Shown piece after piece: positions 27,387 to 37,253 of a DNA stretch of 64,000 nt. Origin of the DNA: a virus (taxonomy: Duplodnaviria; Caudoviricetes); IMG/VR virus record IMGVR_UViG_3300044658_000165, positions 3,622-67,621 of that record; one strand, written 5' to 3'. Position numbers and translations under genes: made by a program. The notes beneath the pieces were generated by a model, which worked only from the letters and a program-made list of their open reading frames with translations, had not been told where the DNA came from and ran no database searches. Within the stretch, counting starts at the first letter, position 1; the number at the start of each line of letters is the position of its first letter.

Positions 27387-30290
27387 TTAAGGAGCTGGAC
27401 TATAATCTACATACCACATCTGCGCAGTTATATCGCTACTTCCACCGCCGGCGCCCCCTGCCTGCCCGGTTATTTTCAGAATATTCCCGGTTGTGAAATC
27501 CAGACCGGTTAAATTCGATGTAGTCTTATACGATTCCTTAGCCGCATTGTCAACAGATATCGTTACGAAAGATCTTGCCGTTGTGCTACTTGTTCTTATA
27601 ATAACTCCTTCTATTGTCCACACCCCTGTCGCTGATATGGTTAAGGCACCAGTGCCACCAATACCATTACCAGCGAACAAGGCCTGAAGATCAACAGTAG
27701 CCATGGCATCATTAGTTGTGCCGGACGCTTTAAAATGAAGCCTTGTGCCATCCGCAGCAAGCGTTAACCCCGCTATGCTTTTGGTATATAAATCAGTCTG
27801 AGAAGTACCGGTGTTATTAGCATCTGTGTATTGCGCATCTATCGTGCGCTTAAACACGCTGCTCGTCGGGTCAACATTATATGCTAAAGTGTTTCCTCCT
27901 CCCGGATTTGTTACGTATGTCGCAACTCCCCCAGATAGCGTTATCGCCGGTCCAGTATGGCTGTTGATAGATGTTATACCACCACCTGATGATCCGGTTA
28001 TTTTAAATGTACCTGTCGCTGCATCCCTATAAACAAACCCTCCTGTAGCTGTGGCTGAGCTATCCGCTTTTGCTATGATCTTTAGATTAGGCATGTATAA
28101 GGCAGTATCTTGAACGGTTGCTTTTTTTGTCCCTGCAATAAAGAAATCATGAACACCGCCAGAAAACACGTGATATTCCAGGTGGCCGAATGAAAGCCCA
28201 AGGCCCGCACGCGCGGATCCATCATTGTACACATAGTACTTTAACTTACTGTCATCGCCTGCTGTGTTCGCATAAGTACCGCCGGCATCAAAGCTCTGAG
28301 GGGTAGCCGTTGATGCCCCACTATTATTAACACCGAGTAATAATTTTGTATCGTTTATAGTTGCAGCGGGGGTCGAGGCGCCGTTAATCTTAAATGTGAA
28401 CTTTGCGCCACTCCCACCGGCATGCAAGTAAAAGTTCTGCGCACTTACACCTATCCCATATCGTGTATTGGTAGATCCATCATCATAAAAGACCATTTTC
28501 ATTTTATCAATATCCTCACTCACTGAACTATAGGAGCCTCCTTGATTAATCTGTAGAGGTGTAGTGGTGGAAAGCGATTTCCTTGTCCCCTGTTGGATGT
28601 TCTCAATTGCGCCTATGTACCTGCTAACATCCCATTCTATGAATGCATGCCCGGCATCATTAGCATGTACATTATCGCCGGTTATTAAAGTAGTGTCATT
28701 TCGCAACTGATCGTTATAGATGTTAAAGTAAAGGGTTCCCCATTTCGTGGCCGTCTCTTGTGTAGCCTGAACGAAATCAAGATGCCGTTGATACGTTGGT
28801 GCTGCATTGCCGCTTGCTGAGGCATATGCATTATAGCCAGCTTGACCTATCCAGTAAGGTGGGATGATAAGAATTTCATATGGCGCCCAACCCTTGTTGG
28901 CGCAATAATGCATAACACTATCGTAATCCGTCTTGAAGTTCGCTACTGTATATGCTGCTGCGGTTTGCCCAAGATCATTGAGGCCAAATGCAAAAATTAA
29001 TAACCTTCGATTGAATGTTTTTGTGGGAACAGTTGATAGTCTATCAATCATATTCGTGCCCCCATTCCAATCGACAGGAGTGCGTTTCATTAATGTGCTG
29101 CCCGGAATACCGTAATTCACTTCTACAGCACCCATGCGATAAGCTACTAATGTTGTCCACCGATACCCTGATGTTGCGCCGCTTCCATACGTATAACTGT
29201 CCCCGAAAAAATAGATACTGTCGCCTTGATTAAATCGTGAATTATTATGTAATAATGGGTACTGATTCAATGCATTTACTATAGAACTATCTTTAAGGAT
29301 TACTGACGAGACTCTTATCGCTGTCGCTGTGTCGTTCAAATCGGATTGCGTCACCAGGTGATTGCCGCTCGAAGTATCAGCTTTAAAAGTAATCCCGTCT
29401 GTATTGCTACTACTATCTGCCGATAGACCATAACCAGCGAATAATGTTTTTAACTGGCCCACTGCTGTTTTAACAAGTCGATACCCGCTGCCAGCGTTGG
29501 AGAGAGTTGAAGATGTGCCGCGAATGGTGATCGTGTCTGTATTAATTCTAAATGAGCTATCATTAATTTGAGCAACAACGCCATTGGCTGCAAAAGTGCC
29601 TCTACCCTTCTGATCAAAAGTGACGGTTGCAAGCTTATAGGTACCTGGAGTGATTGAGGTTGGCGACAAAACAAAATTGGCCAGACCTGGGCCTGTAGCG
29701 GCACCATCCCCATTAAGACCAGTTATATAATTACCCGAAGGCTGTTTTCCGTCAATCCTATTACTTAATGATGTAGTATCTGAATACTTCATCCGCTGAT
29801 CAATCCGGTTGCTGAGAGATGCAGTATCAGATTTCCGTAGGTAGATGGCGAGCATGGCAGCTGTATCTGAATATTTTACACGCTGGTCAATTCTGTTACT
29901 CAATGAGGCCGTATCGTTTTTCCTCAGGTAAGGATATAACATCAGCAATGTATCGGAATATTTAACCCGAACGTCAATACGTGCTGACAATGAAGTAGTA
30001 TCGAGTGCGGAGCCTCCTTTTGCACCACCTTTAATAACAACGGTATCTCCTCCAACTATAATCGTGGAATCATTCAGCACAGTAGTCTTTTTAAAAGCGG
30101 TTCGTCCTCCTCCAATATTATACAATACGCCCCCTTTTTGGGATACGCTACCGGCGTTTGAAATAATTAGCTCACCATTACCCCCAGTCTTTTCTATATA
30201 TACAGAATCACCGCGTATATAATATCTGCTTTGGGAATAACCAATCGCGGTAACAAAAAGGAATGTCAATAAAAAAATAAGTCGTTTCAT
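27387..30290 (-). CDS. tail fibre/spike-like protein with SGNH hydrolase domain and N-terminal signal peptide
   Basis: FGDSYT, GIPGS, GLND, DNVH SGNH blocks; TPGTY...VTFDQKGR fibre motif; DT.SLS.RID repeats; MKRLIFLLTFLFVTAIGYS-Q. Confidence 0.8.
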   Translation of the reverse strand: MKRLIFLLTFLFVTAIGYSQSRYYIRGDSVYIEKTGGNGELIISNAGSVSQKGGVLYNIGGGRTAFKKTTVLNDSTIIVGGDTVVIKGGAKGGSALDTTSLSARIDVRVKYSDTLLMLYPYLRKNDTASLSNRIDQRVKYSDTAAMLAIYLRKSDTASLSNRIDQRMKYSDTTSLSNRIDGKQPSGNYITGLNGDGAATGPGLANFVLSPTSITPGTYKLATVTFDQKGRGTFAANGVVAQINDSSFRINTDTITIRGTSSTLSNAGSGYRLVKTAVGQLKTLFAGYGLSADSSSNTDGITFKADTSSGNHLVTQSDLNDTATAIRVSSVILKDSSIVNALNQYPLLHNNSRFNQGDSIYFFGDSYTYGSGATSGYRWTTLVAYRMGAVEVNYGIPGSTLMKRTPVDWNGGTNMIDRLSTVPTKTFNRRLLIFAFGLNDLGQTAAAYTVANFKTDYDSVMHYCANKGWAPYEILIIPPYWIGQAGYNAYASASGNAAPTYQRHLDFVQATQETATKWGTLYFNIYNDQLRNDTTLITGDNVHANDAGHAFIEWDVSRYIGAIENIQQGTRKSLSTTTPLQINQGGSYSSVSEDIDKMKMVFYDDGSTNTRYGIGVSAQNFYLHAGGSGAKFTFKINGASTPAATINDTKLLLGVNNSGASTATPQSFDAGGTYANTAGDDSKLKYYVYNDGSARAGLGLSFGHLEYHVFSGGVHDFFIAGTKKATVQDTALYMPNLKIIAKADSSATATGGFVYRDAATGTFKITGSSGGGITSINSHTGPAITLSGGVATYVTNPGGGNTLAYNVDPTSSVFKRTIDAQYTDANNTGTSQTDLYTKSIAGLTLAADGTRLHFKASGTTNDAMATVDLQALFAGNGIGGTGALTISATGVWTIEGVIIRTSSTTARSFVTISVDNAAKESYKTTSNLTGLDFTTGNILKITGQAGGAGGGSSDITAQMWYVDYSPAP
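29750..30005 (-). repeat. intragenic repeats encoding DTxSLSxRID(xRxKYSDT)
   Basis: Four copies in the translation; three at a 30-aa period. Confidence 0.85.
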
Positions 30291-30294
30291 AACG

Positions 30295-30597
30295 TTACGA
30301 TATAATTAAACGGCCAGTTGAAAGGCCACCGAGATCAATGGAATAACTCGTCGTTGTTGTCGGATCATCAGGTATGATCTCGCAGTTAATCTGGCGATAC
30401 TTGCCATCACTACCCTGAATCTCCACATAGATCACAGCCGCATCGCCAAACCTGTTCTTACGGGTGTTATCCCAGGGTAAGGTGATAGTGGCAACATTTG
30501 AAAAAGGAATGACCTCATTCTTCCCTGAAGCATCCGGATTAACGGGATCAGGTGTGATTATTTGATCGAGACAGCATTGACCTATTAGAAATGGCAC
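30295..30597 (-). CDS. virion-associated protein, paralog of the adaptor C-terminal domain
   Basis: IPF.NV..I..PW...RK.RFG and GR.IIS shared with 30913-31842. Confidence 0.75.
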   Translation of the reverse strand: MPFLIGQCCLDQIITPDPVNPDASGKNEVIPFSNVATITLPWDNTRKNRFGDAAVIYVEIQGSDGKYRQINCEIIPDDPTTTTSYSIDLGGLSTGRLIIS

Positions 30598-30607
30598 AAT
30601 ATTATTT

Positions 30608-30634
30608 TAAATATAAATGTCGTATTTTACGACA
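30608..30634 (-). promoter_or_regulatory. putative late promoter/operator
   Basis: TGTCGTAAAATACGACA, 2 nt, TATATTTA on the minus strand. Confidence 0.7.
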
Positions 30635-30649
30635 CATGAATTAAAAAAA

Positions 30650-30913
30650 TTACCAGCGATTATCCGGGCACTTTTCATGCAGCACCAACGCCTTCTCGTT
30701 AACAGGACAACCGCATATTCCACACCCAATACCACTTCCCTGTTTGTCATTATGCAAAGCTCCATCAATGAACTTCTTCAACCATTGTTCTTTGGCGTGC
30801 GGACATTCAATACAGATGGAAACCCGCTTCCTGGCCAATTCCTTGTTTTCCTCGCTGACCTCAATGAGACCCAGCGACTTCACCCATCCCTCATATATAT
30901 GCTTTAAATTCAT
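30650..30913 (-). CDS. Cys-rich (CxxC) small protein
   Basis: RVSICIECP, CGICGCP, KCPDNRW. Confidence 0.75.
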   Translation of the reverse strand: MNLKHIYEGWVKSLGLIEVSEENKELARKRVSICIECPHAKEQWLKKFIDGALHNDKQGSGIGCGICGCPVNEKALVLHEKCPDNRW

Positions 30914-31842
30914 TACGATATAATTACCCGTCCAGCTTCTACAGGCCCAGCCAGGTTGATCAAATAATAAGTTGTATTATCAATGCTATCAGGGCTCGCT
31001 TGCACTGCTACGGCTTGGTAGCCTGTTCCATTCCATATCTCAACAGTAAATGAGGCGCCAGCGCCAAACCTTGATTTGCGATTGGAATTCCAAGGAATGA
31101 GAATCTGATCAACGTTTCCAAAAGGAATCGTTTCATTTCGGCCAGCTATAACAGGAATAACAGGAACAGTTTCTTCACAACATTTTTTCTTATCATCATC
31201 ATATAATCCGAATATCACACCACTCATCTTCTTTGTACGTGATTCACCACAACCGCAATCCCGGGTATAACCTGGATATCGTATAGAGCACATGTAGCTG
31301 TGGAGATCGTCGATTAAGGGTGTGATCCTTTCCTGCAATCCTTTATCTAAAAGGTGCTTCAGGTCCTTCAGATCAATGGTTACAGATTCCTGATTCTGAC
31401 CGATGGTCTCCGGGAAGTTTTTAATGACGCCTTGGGCGCCAAACCGGGCCCGGTTTACAGGCAGGGCGCAAAACCAGACACATTCTGCCACGATCTTATG
31501 CAGATAATTCAGCCAGAGATCCTGCTGCTGTTCATTAAGATAGGTATCAGAATTAACATAATCGCCGACATTAAGTATAATGGGCTGACGATCAGCTGGG
31601 CGATTGGCATTTACTATATCCTGTAGTTCATCCTTATTTGAGGACGTAACAAGTAAATTTTTATTATCAATAATCAGGTTATAGATGCCAACCCCTAGCA
31701 ATGGTTTTATAAACCTGCGCTCAGCAATTATTATATTGTTTAAAATAATTCTTGGATCAACCGTGTTATCAGTAGGGGCATGAAAGATTACCTCGTCTGT
31801 TGTAACAAGTACTTTTGTCTTTAATGGATTTACTCCTATCAT
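30913..31842 (-). CDS. head-tail adaptor-like protein with extra C-terminal domain
   Basis: AERRFIKPLLG..IYN pattern of Bacteroidota adaptors; follows portal. Confidence 0.6.
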   Translation of the reverse strand: MIGVNPLKTKVLVTTDEVIFHAPTDNTVDPRIILNNIIIAERRFIKPLLGVGIYNLIIDNKNLLVTSSNKDELQDIVNANRPADRQPIILNVGDYVNSDTYLNEQQQDLWLNYLHKIVAECVWFCALPVNRARFGAQGVIKNFPETIGQNQESVTIDLKDLKHLLDKGLQERITPLIDDLHSYMCSIRYPGYTRDCGCGESRTKKMSGVIFGLYDDDKKKCCEETVPVIPVIAGRNETIPFGNVDQILIPWNSNRKSRFGAGASFTVEIWNGTGYQAVAVQASPDSIDNTTYYLINLAGPVEAGRVIIS

Positions 31843-33242
31843 TCTGCACCTCCTAAATTTTTTGAGTTTTGATTCTTTCCGGCTACTCGGCTTATCTGAA
31901 GACTACCAGTGCCGTTGCCGATTGGCCCTTTGCCCATTTCTTGGCGGCCTTCATCCACAGTAAGCAGGCTGTTAATATCCAGGTAGCCCTCCAGACCGAT
32001 CGGTATAACCGGCTTAATTGACCAGGGCAAATCGTAAAAGCTGGTTCCTTTATATTCATCAATGATCTGCATCAGCGGAAATATAAAATTATTCAGCACG
32101 GTTTGCTGAGCAGGAATAATGGTAGTATGAAATTTCCGTTTGAAAAGCTGCGCCAAGTAATCACCGCCTTTGCCCAAACCAGATTTATCGTGCATGTCCA
32201 GCAATTCCTTGCTCCAACTGTTTGCACTGATAATCTTGCCTTCATTATGCTTATCGAACTCAACGAAGTGGCCTTCGTTAGTTTGGGTGAAAGGCGTAAA
32301 CTTGGTATCACTAATGCCTGCCTCAGAACTTACAGTAAGGATCCTGCGTTGCTTACCTTTTCCCATATAAGATCGCCTTATATCTGTCAGAAGCTTTTTG
32401 GCTTCTGTTTCAGATACCTGGCCCATAATCGATAGCACACCTGCCAGGAACATATTATTTTCAAAATTGTCCAAATTAAACCGGGCAACATTGTATTCAA
32501 GGTACGCCTGGATGAAACCAGCAAAGTTGGAAGGCAGGCCATAATGGTCCACTCCCTGAACTTCATTCCGGACTACCAGCATGGTTCTGGTCTTGTTCGG
32601 ATTATCGGGATCGGTTAACCAAATCTCAGATTCATCAATTGGGTTGTCGGTCCAAATGGGAATTTTAGTTGGTTTGGCATCCTTTTTAAAAGTAAGAATA
32701 CCATCACGGCGGAATTCTTTCGATACGATCACATGCGTCGGATCATCACCTTCATCCGGCTCTGCAAACCGGCAATCCAGATTATTATGCTTGTAAACGT
32801 GAATATATTTTTCACCCGCTAATTCCAGGCGCACCACCTCAATGAAATCGTTCCCATCTTGCCAATAGCTTTCAAATACACCCTTCAAAACATCATCGAT
32901 CGTCTGCCGGCGCCCATTAATTTTTTTATCAAACTTCTCCGGGAATTCCCGATCCATAACCTGCAGGCCGGCGCCAATTGAATAAAGGGTCTTATCGTTA
33001 ATGCAATTGGATTGCGTTGGGGAGAGTAGCCGTAATGTGAGCAGCTTGCGGAATAGTGTATCACTGGGCGCGAAGAAAGGATAATAATTGCCATTTGCAT
33101 TACTGGTAAATGCCCGGCCGGTAAAATCAATAGGCAGGTTGATTTCTGGATCGAAATCAAAAGAGTTTTCATGCCGGCTTTCCATTCTATTAACCGGGGC
33201 TTTTGTTTTAACAGCTGCTTTCTTCTTTGGTGTTACCGGCAT
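31839..33242 (-). CDS. portal protein
   Basis: 467 aa; SPTQSNCI, YGLP, NFENNMFLAGV, KFTP, IISAN. Confidence 0.8.
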   Translation of the reverse strand: MPVTPKKKAAVKTKAPVNRMESRHENSFDFDPEINLPIDFTGRAFTSNANGNYYPFFAPSDTLFRKLLTLRLLSPTQSNCINDKTLYSIGAGLQVMDREFPEKFDKKINGRRQTIDDVLKGVFESYWQDGNDFIEVVRLELAGEKYIHVYKHNNLDCRFAEPDEGDDPTHVIVSKEFRRDGILTFKKDAKPTKIPIWTDNPIDESEIWLTDPDNPNKTRTMLVVRNEVQGVDHYGLPSNFAGFIQAYLEYNVARFNLDNFENNMFLAGVLSIMGQVSETEAKKLLTDIRRSYMGKGKQRRILTVSSEAGISDTKFTPFTQTNEGHFVEFDKHNEGKIISANSWSKELLDMHDKSGLGKGGDYLAQLFKRKFHTTIIPAQQTVLNNFIFPLMQIIDEYKGTSFYDLPWSIKPVIPIGLEGYLDINSLLTVDEGRQEMGKGPIGNGTGSLQISRVAGKNQNSKNLGGAE

Positions 33243-33472
33243 TACTTAAATATTTTCCTTTCTATTTCCTGCATTTTCATCCGCTGCAGCTCTGGCAGCT
33301 CAGGCAAGGTTTCAAATAGTTTTAATAGGGAAGGGTTACCAGATCTACGGGCCATTATACCCAGGTCAATAAGGTCGGAAAAGGATCTGTCTTTAAGAAC
33401 AACACCGCTATTGTTGAATGCAATAACGGTGTTGAAATAGGCTGGATATATGGTTAAACAGGAACGGGTCAT
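33242..33472 (-). CDS. hypothetical protein
   Basis: Stop overlaps the portal start. Confidence 0.65.
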   Translation of the reverse strand: MTRSCLTIYPAYFNTVIAFNNSGVVLKDRSFSDLIDLGIMARRSGNPSLLKLFETLPELPELQRMKMQEIERKIFK

Positions 33473-33481
33473 AGGGCTTTA

Positions 33482-34084
33482 TTAACTTTCAGTATCGGCT
33501 TCGAGCGCTTCAAGGGCGGCAGTACCGCCGGTGAATTCGTAGGCGCCGCGGAAGAAGTCGCCGACCAGTTTGGTTGTTTGACCATTCTGATCTTCAAACA
33601 GTTTACCGGTACCACCGGTACTGCCGTTTTGCTGCATTCTCCACTCACGAATACGAGCGCCATTTACATACTTCTCACCCAGCACAATCACCTTACCATT
33701 ATTCAATTCGACAATACAGCCAATACCGCAACACGCAGAGGCAGCATCTACTCTTTCGTTCCACTGAGTAATAAAGTGGCTAATGTCAGAAAGCAGGAAT
33801 TCCAGGTTGTGCTCATACTTAACCGATGTACCATTATTCAGTGACTGCGTATAATTGTATGCGCATTCTTTGTACTGGAATAAGACAGGGAATAGATTAC
33901 CGCCATCTATCGCAGTAGCGCCCGCACGTCTGGCGATTGCGGTGTATTCTGGTTTATTACCGTCAGCATCAGCTGCGCCTTGGGTAAAGTCGAAATCATC
34001 ACGATCGAAGATCCAGAGCCGGGATACACCGCCCGTGGTGGCAGCACAGGGCTTGTCGTATACTTTAAGTTTGACGCAGAGCAT
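33482..34084 (-). CDS. major tail (tube) protein
   Basis: N-terminal C..TGGVSRLW pattern and IVELNNGK typical of Bacteroidota siphovirus tubes; follows capsid. Confidence 0.65.
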   Translation of the reverse strand: MLCVKLKVYDKPCAATTGGVSRLWIFDRDDFDFTQGAADADGNKPEYTAIARRAGATAIDGGNLFPVLFQYKECAYNYTQSLNNGTSVKYEHNLEFLLSDISHFITQWNERVDAASACCGIGCIVELNNGKVIVLGEKYVNGARIREWRMQQNGSTGGTGKLFEDQNGQTTKLVGDFFRGAYEFTGGTAALEALEADTES

Positions 34085-34142
34085 ATTGGGAAATATTTTA
34101 AATGTTCGAGTATTTTTGGATCAAAAGCTAGATTACCTGGTA

Positions 34143-35162
34143 TTATGCAGGCAGAGCCAAACAACTGTGCTCAGGCAGCGCGATCTGAGTACCACCTTTT
34201 AAGGCGGTTCTCCATTTCCAAGTATCATCATAGTAATCATACCAAACCACCAAAGCTTCATTGCCATCAGGACCAGTACCATACGATTGATCGGTACCGA
34301 ATACAAAGTTTCCGCGCAGTGTCAGTACGCCGAAGTGTGCACCGTTGCCAACAACCTGATTAAGAACCGGATTAAAAAATGGATTCACGAAAATGGGAAT
34401 GCCTTTGTAAGCGCGGCCTTTGATGCCGTTGATAGTGAAGTTCGCAGCTTCATTGCTTCCCTGACCAGAGGCAACCAGGTAAGCCTCGTATGCGTCACTC
34501 CACTTCTTATCAATGTAGAACGCCTTGTCAGTATCGAGCATGACATTCATCAATGAATCCTGATTAGAATATAAGTTCTCCAGGTACACCTGTGCATTTG
34601 AAGCTGAGATATTACCAGCGGGGATATTGAAGGTTTGACCGCCTGGTATAACACCAGCAGTCACATATTTTTTATACTGGGTGAAGATCCCGTCAAACTG
34701 ATTTACGTTGAAGTCGTTCGGATCACTGTTGGCTGCCGCACTTTCATCACCGAAATACATCAACGTCATGAGGTCGGTGGCAATCCCATTCTTGAAGTAG
34801 TTTACGATACCATCAAGGAAGGCCGGATCACCATTGCGCCAGTCTTTCAAACAACCCTGATAGAACTCTTCACGGCACATCTTCACACCAGCGGCTAACT
34901 CGGTCACAACAATTTTCCGCAAGCCAGCCTTTGCGATTGGTTGGTATTCCATGCTACAGCTGGCATCACGGCGCCGCAAAATGTTCTGAAGCCTGCGAAT
35001 GTCTATGATCTTCCTTTCGTGAGCTACATCGTTCATTACGATGAACTCGCCGAAGTAACCGTTGCGAACATCCATTCCATCTACCAGATCACCAAAGGAC
35101 GGCTTCAGGATCAATTCATAGAATTGAGGACCATTTATGCTGACACGTTTGAAAGCGGGCAT
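34143..35162 (-). CDS. major capsid protein
   Basis: 339 aa after the protease; CREEFY, FDGIF, YKGIPI, LVVWYDY; HK97-like layout. Confidence 0.8.
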   Translation of the reverse strand: MPAFKRVSINGPQFYELILKPSFGDLVDGMDVRNGYFGEFIVMNDVAHERKIIDIRRLQNILRRRDASCSMEYQPIAKAGLRKIVVTELAAGVKMCREEFYQGCLKDWRNGDPAFLDGIVNYFKNGIATDLMTLMYFGDESAAANSDPNDFNVNQFDGIFTQYKKYVTAGVIPGGQTFNIPAGNISASNAQVYLENLYSNQDSLMNVMLDTDKAFYIDKKWSDAYEAYLVASGQGSNEAANFTINGIKGRAYKGIPIFVNPFFNPVLNQVVGNGAHFGVLTLRGNFVFGTDQSYGTGPDGNEALVVWYDYYDDTWKWRTALKGGTQIALPEHSCLALPA

Positions 35163-35219
35163 CTTTTATAATTTAAAGAGGTTAATAACTACTGTTTTGC
35201 TTTATAGGGAAAAGAATAA

Positions 35220-35654
35220 TTATGATTCATCATCATCATCAACATTGCTGATAATAATACCGGTATGATCGCGGTCCCAGCTGGCCAGGCTACCAGAAGA
35301 AGGGAGCGCCATCCCGATCAGGCCATAATGACCATCGCTTATGCAACCATCATCCGACACAACAGTAGCACGCAATTCCAAACCTTCTGAGGCATCCAGA
35401 CTGGCAATGCTCACGGTTACTGCATCGTCACCATCTGCAGCAGCAATGTTCCCATCGACTGTTTTTCCATTCTTGTCAGTGACGCGCAGGTTTACAATTT
35501 TGCGATCGGCACCATTGGGATAAGTGGATCCATCGGTAAACACGATAGTTTTGGCGCCAGAATCATAAATGAATGAAACTGCTGCAGCAAAACCAGTACA
35601 ATTGCAACCACCGCATAGGCCGTCAACAAGATTTTTATTGTCGAATGAGTTCAT
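35220..35654 (-). CDS. putative capsid decoration protein
   Basis: Beta-rich Ig-like composition, between protease and capsid. Confidence 0.5.
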   Translation of the reverse strand: MNSFDNKNLVDGLCGGCNCTGFAAAVSFIYDSGAKTIVFTDGSTYPNGADRKIVNLRVTDKNGKTVDGNIAAADGDDAVTVSIASLDASEGLELRATVVSDDGCISDGHYGLIGMALPSSGSLASWDRDHTGIIISNVDDDDES

Positions 35655-35711
35655 TGCTCAAATTTTTATAGTGAAAAAGTTTACTACAGTTTATTTAAAA
35701 GCGTAAATAGA

Positions 35712-36911
35712 TTATGCGTACTCAACATTTACCTTATCCAACAATGATGAGTCCTTTGAATTGCCGGCATTAGGCTTAGTTTCTTTCCCAGCCAAAGCAT
35801 CTTTCAGCGCCTTATTCTCCTTTTCCATTTTATCCAGGCGCGCGGTGAGGTTCTTCATAGCTTCGCTTTCCTCTTTGGGCTCATCCTTCTTCTCATCGTC
35901 CTTTTTACCCTCATCCTTCTTTTCTTCAGCGGCTGGCTTTTTATCCTCAGCTTTTGTTTCGCCAGTTTTGGTCTCAGTGGTTTCCTCCTTCTTCTCTTCA
36001 GTGGAACTTTCTTCATTCCGGGCAGCCAATGCTTCATCGATCTTATTCACAACAGGCTCCAGGACCTTATTCACCATATCCAGAATGGCATCACGATTTT
36101 CAATTTTGTCGAATGTTTTATCATCCTTACCATTCTTAATGGCGCCTTTAAGCGTGTCGATTACTTTCATAAACTCATTTTGTAGATTGGAGAAAAAAGA
36201 TTTATGCTCAACCTCAGGTGCGCCTGAAGGAACTTTTACAGCGGAATTATAGGCATTGAGCACAGCTGTATTCTTGTACGGCCAGTGCTCGGGTTTAATG
36301 GAATTGTTGAAATCAGCAGCACCATCAATATTCTTAACAAAGCCTTTATCCTTAGCCTCAGAAGCAATCATCCAGGTTTCGGCATCCATCATATTGCCAA
36401 TAACAGTTTCGCTCAGGCCGGTGGCTTTTGCGTAGAAACCAGTAATGGCATCATTGAACTTCCGCATTGACTTTGCATAGTTCTCGATGATGTTCACATC
36501 GCCCCAAATAACACCGGATACATTATGGATCATGAACCAGCTGTTCTCACTCATTGAAGAATTATCGCCACCGGCCATCAGGATGTAAGTAGCTGCAGAG
36601 GCGATAATACCCCGGCCAATGGTGTTCACAGTGACACCTTTAATGATTTGGTCCTTGATGAAATCATGCATGGCCATAGCGTCGGTGACAATACCACCGC
36701 CGCTATTTACATAGATGTTCATTTTTTTTGGATTGGCAGCTGTAACCTGGTCGCGGAAGGATTTATAGGAGACAGAAGTGTCATCTCCGAACCAGTCTTT
36801 GAGGATTTGTTGCGTCTCAGCATCAACGATGGCACCATCGATATAAACATCCAGGGTATCTTCTGCCTGGTTTACAACTTTGTAATTGAATGCTTGAAAT
36901 TGACGCTTCAT
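35712..36911 (-). CDS. ClpP-type head maturation protease fused to scaffold
   Basis: YVNSGGG, ASAATY, FMIHN, ETW; long charged C-terminus. Confidence 0.88.
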   Translation of the reverse strand: MKRQFQAFNYKVVNQAEDTLDVYIDGAIVDAETQQILKDWFGDDTSVSYKSFRDQVTAANPKKMNIYVNSGGGIVTDAMAMHDFIKDQIIKGVTVNTIGRGIIASAATYILMAGGDNSSMSENSWFMIHNVSGVIWGDVNIIENYAKSMRKFNDAITGFYAKATGLSETVIGNMMDAETWMIASEAKDKGFVKNIDGAADFNNSIKPEHWPYKNTAVLNAYNSAVKVPSGAPEVEHKSFFSNLQNEFMKVIDTLKGAIKNGKDDKTFDKIENRDAILDMVNKVLEPVVNKIDEALAARNEESSTEEKKEETTETKTGETKAEDKKPAAEEKKDEGKKDDEKKDEPKEESEAMKNLTARLDKMEKENKALKDALAGKETKPNAGNSKDSSLLDKVNVEYA

Positions 36912-36951
36912 TGTGCTGTGAGAGGTTTACAGCACAAAAGTTGTATTAATT

Positions 36952-36978
36952 CAAATATAATAATCGTATTTCACGAAT
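36952..36978 (-). promoter_or_regulatory. putative late (head operon) promoter
   Basis: Palindrome variant (plus AATCGTATTTCACGAAT), 2 nt, perfect TATATTTG; 40 nt upstream of the protease ATG. Confidence 0.75.
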
Positions 36979-37004
36979 AAGTGTATCGCAAATGAATACA
37001 CTTT

Positions 37005-37253
37005 CTAAAAATTGAACATTCTTTTTAAATGGGAATCATAGCCTTTTTTCCGACATTTCTTCCAGTAGCGTTGGACGGTCCCGCGGGAAACACCGAGACT
37101 TATGCGACATTGATTATAAGAGGCACCTTTCAGTTTACAGATTGCAATTCGGTAACCAGGATAACCGAGATCCCCGATAATAACCATGAGCAGACCAAAA
37201 TCTTCGGCTGCCATGGAGAGGCATTGTTGTTTTAGTTCCTGTGCTTCGCTCAT
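37005..37253 (-). CDS. small HTH protein (sigma-r4/LuxR-like)
   Basis: GASYNQCRISLGVSRGTVQRYW. Confidence 0.65.
   Translation of the reverse strand: MSEAQELKQQCLSMAAEDFGLLMVIIGDLGYPGYRIAICKLKGASYNQCRISLGVSRGTVQRYWKKCRKKGYDSHLKRMFNF

Noticed and set aside
27387-30290. Diversity-generating retroelement or invertible fibre cassette
   Set aside because: No reverse transcriptase, TR/VR pair or invertase found.
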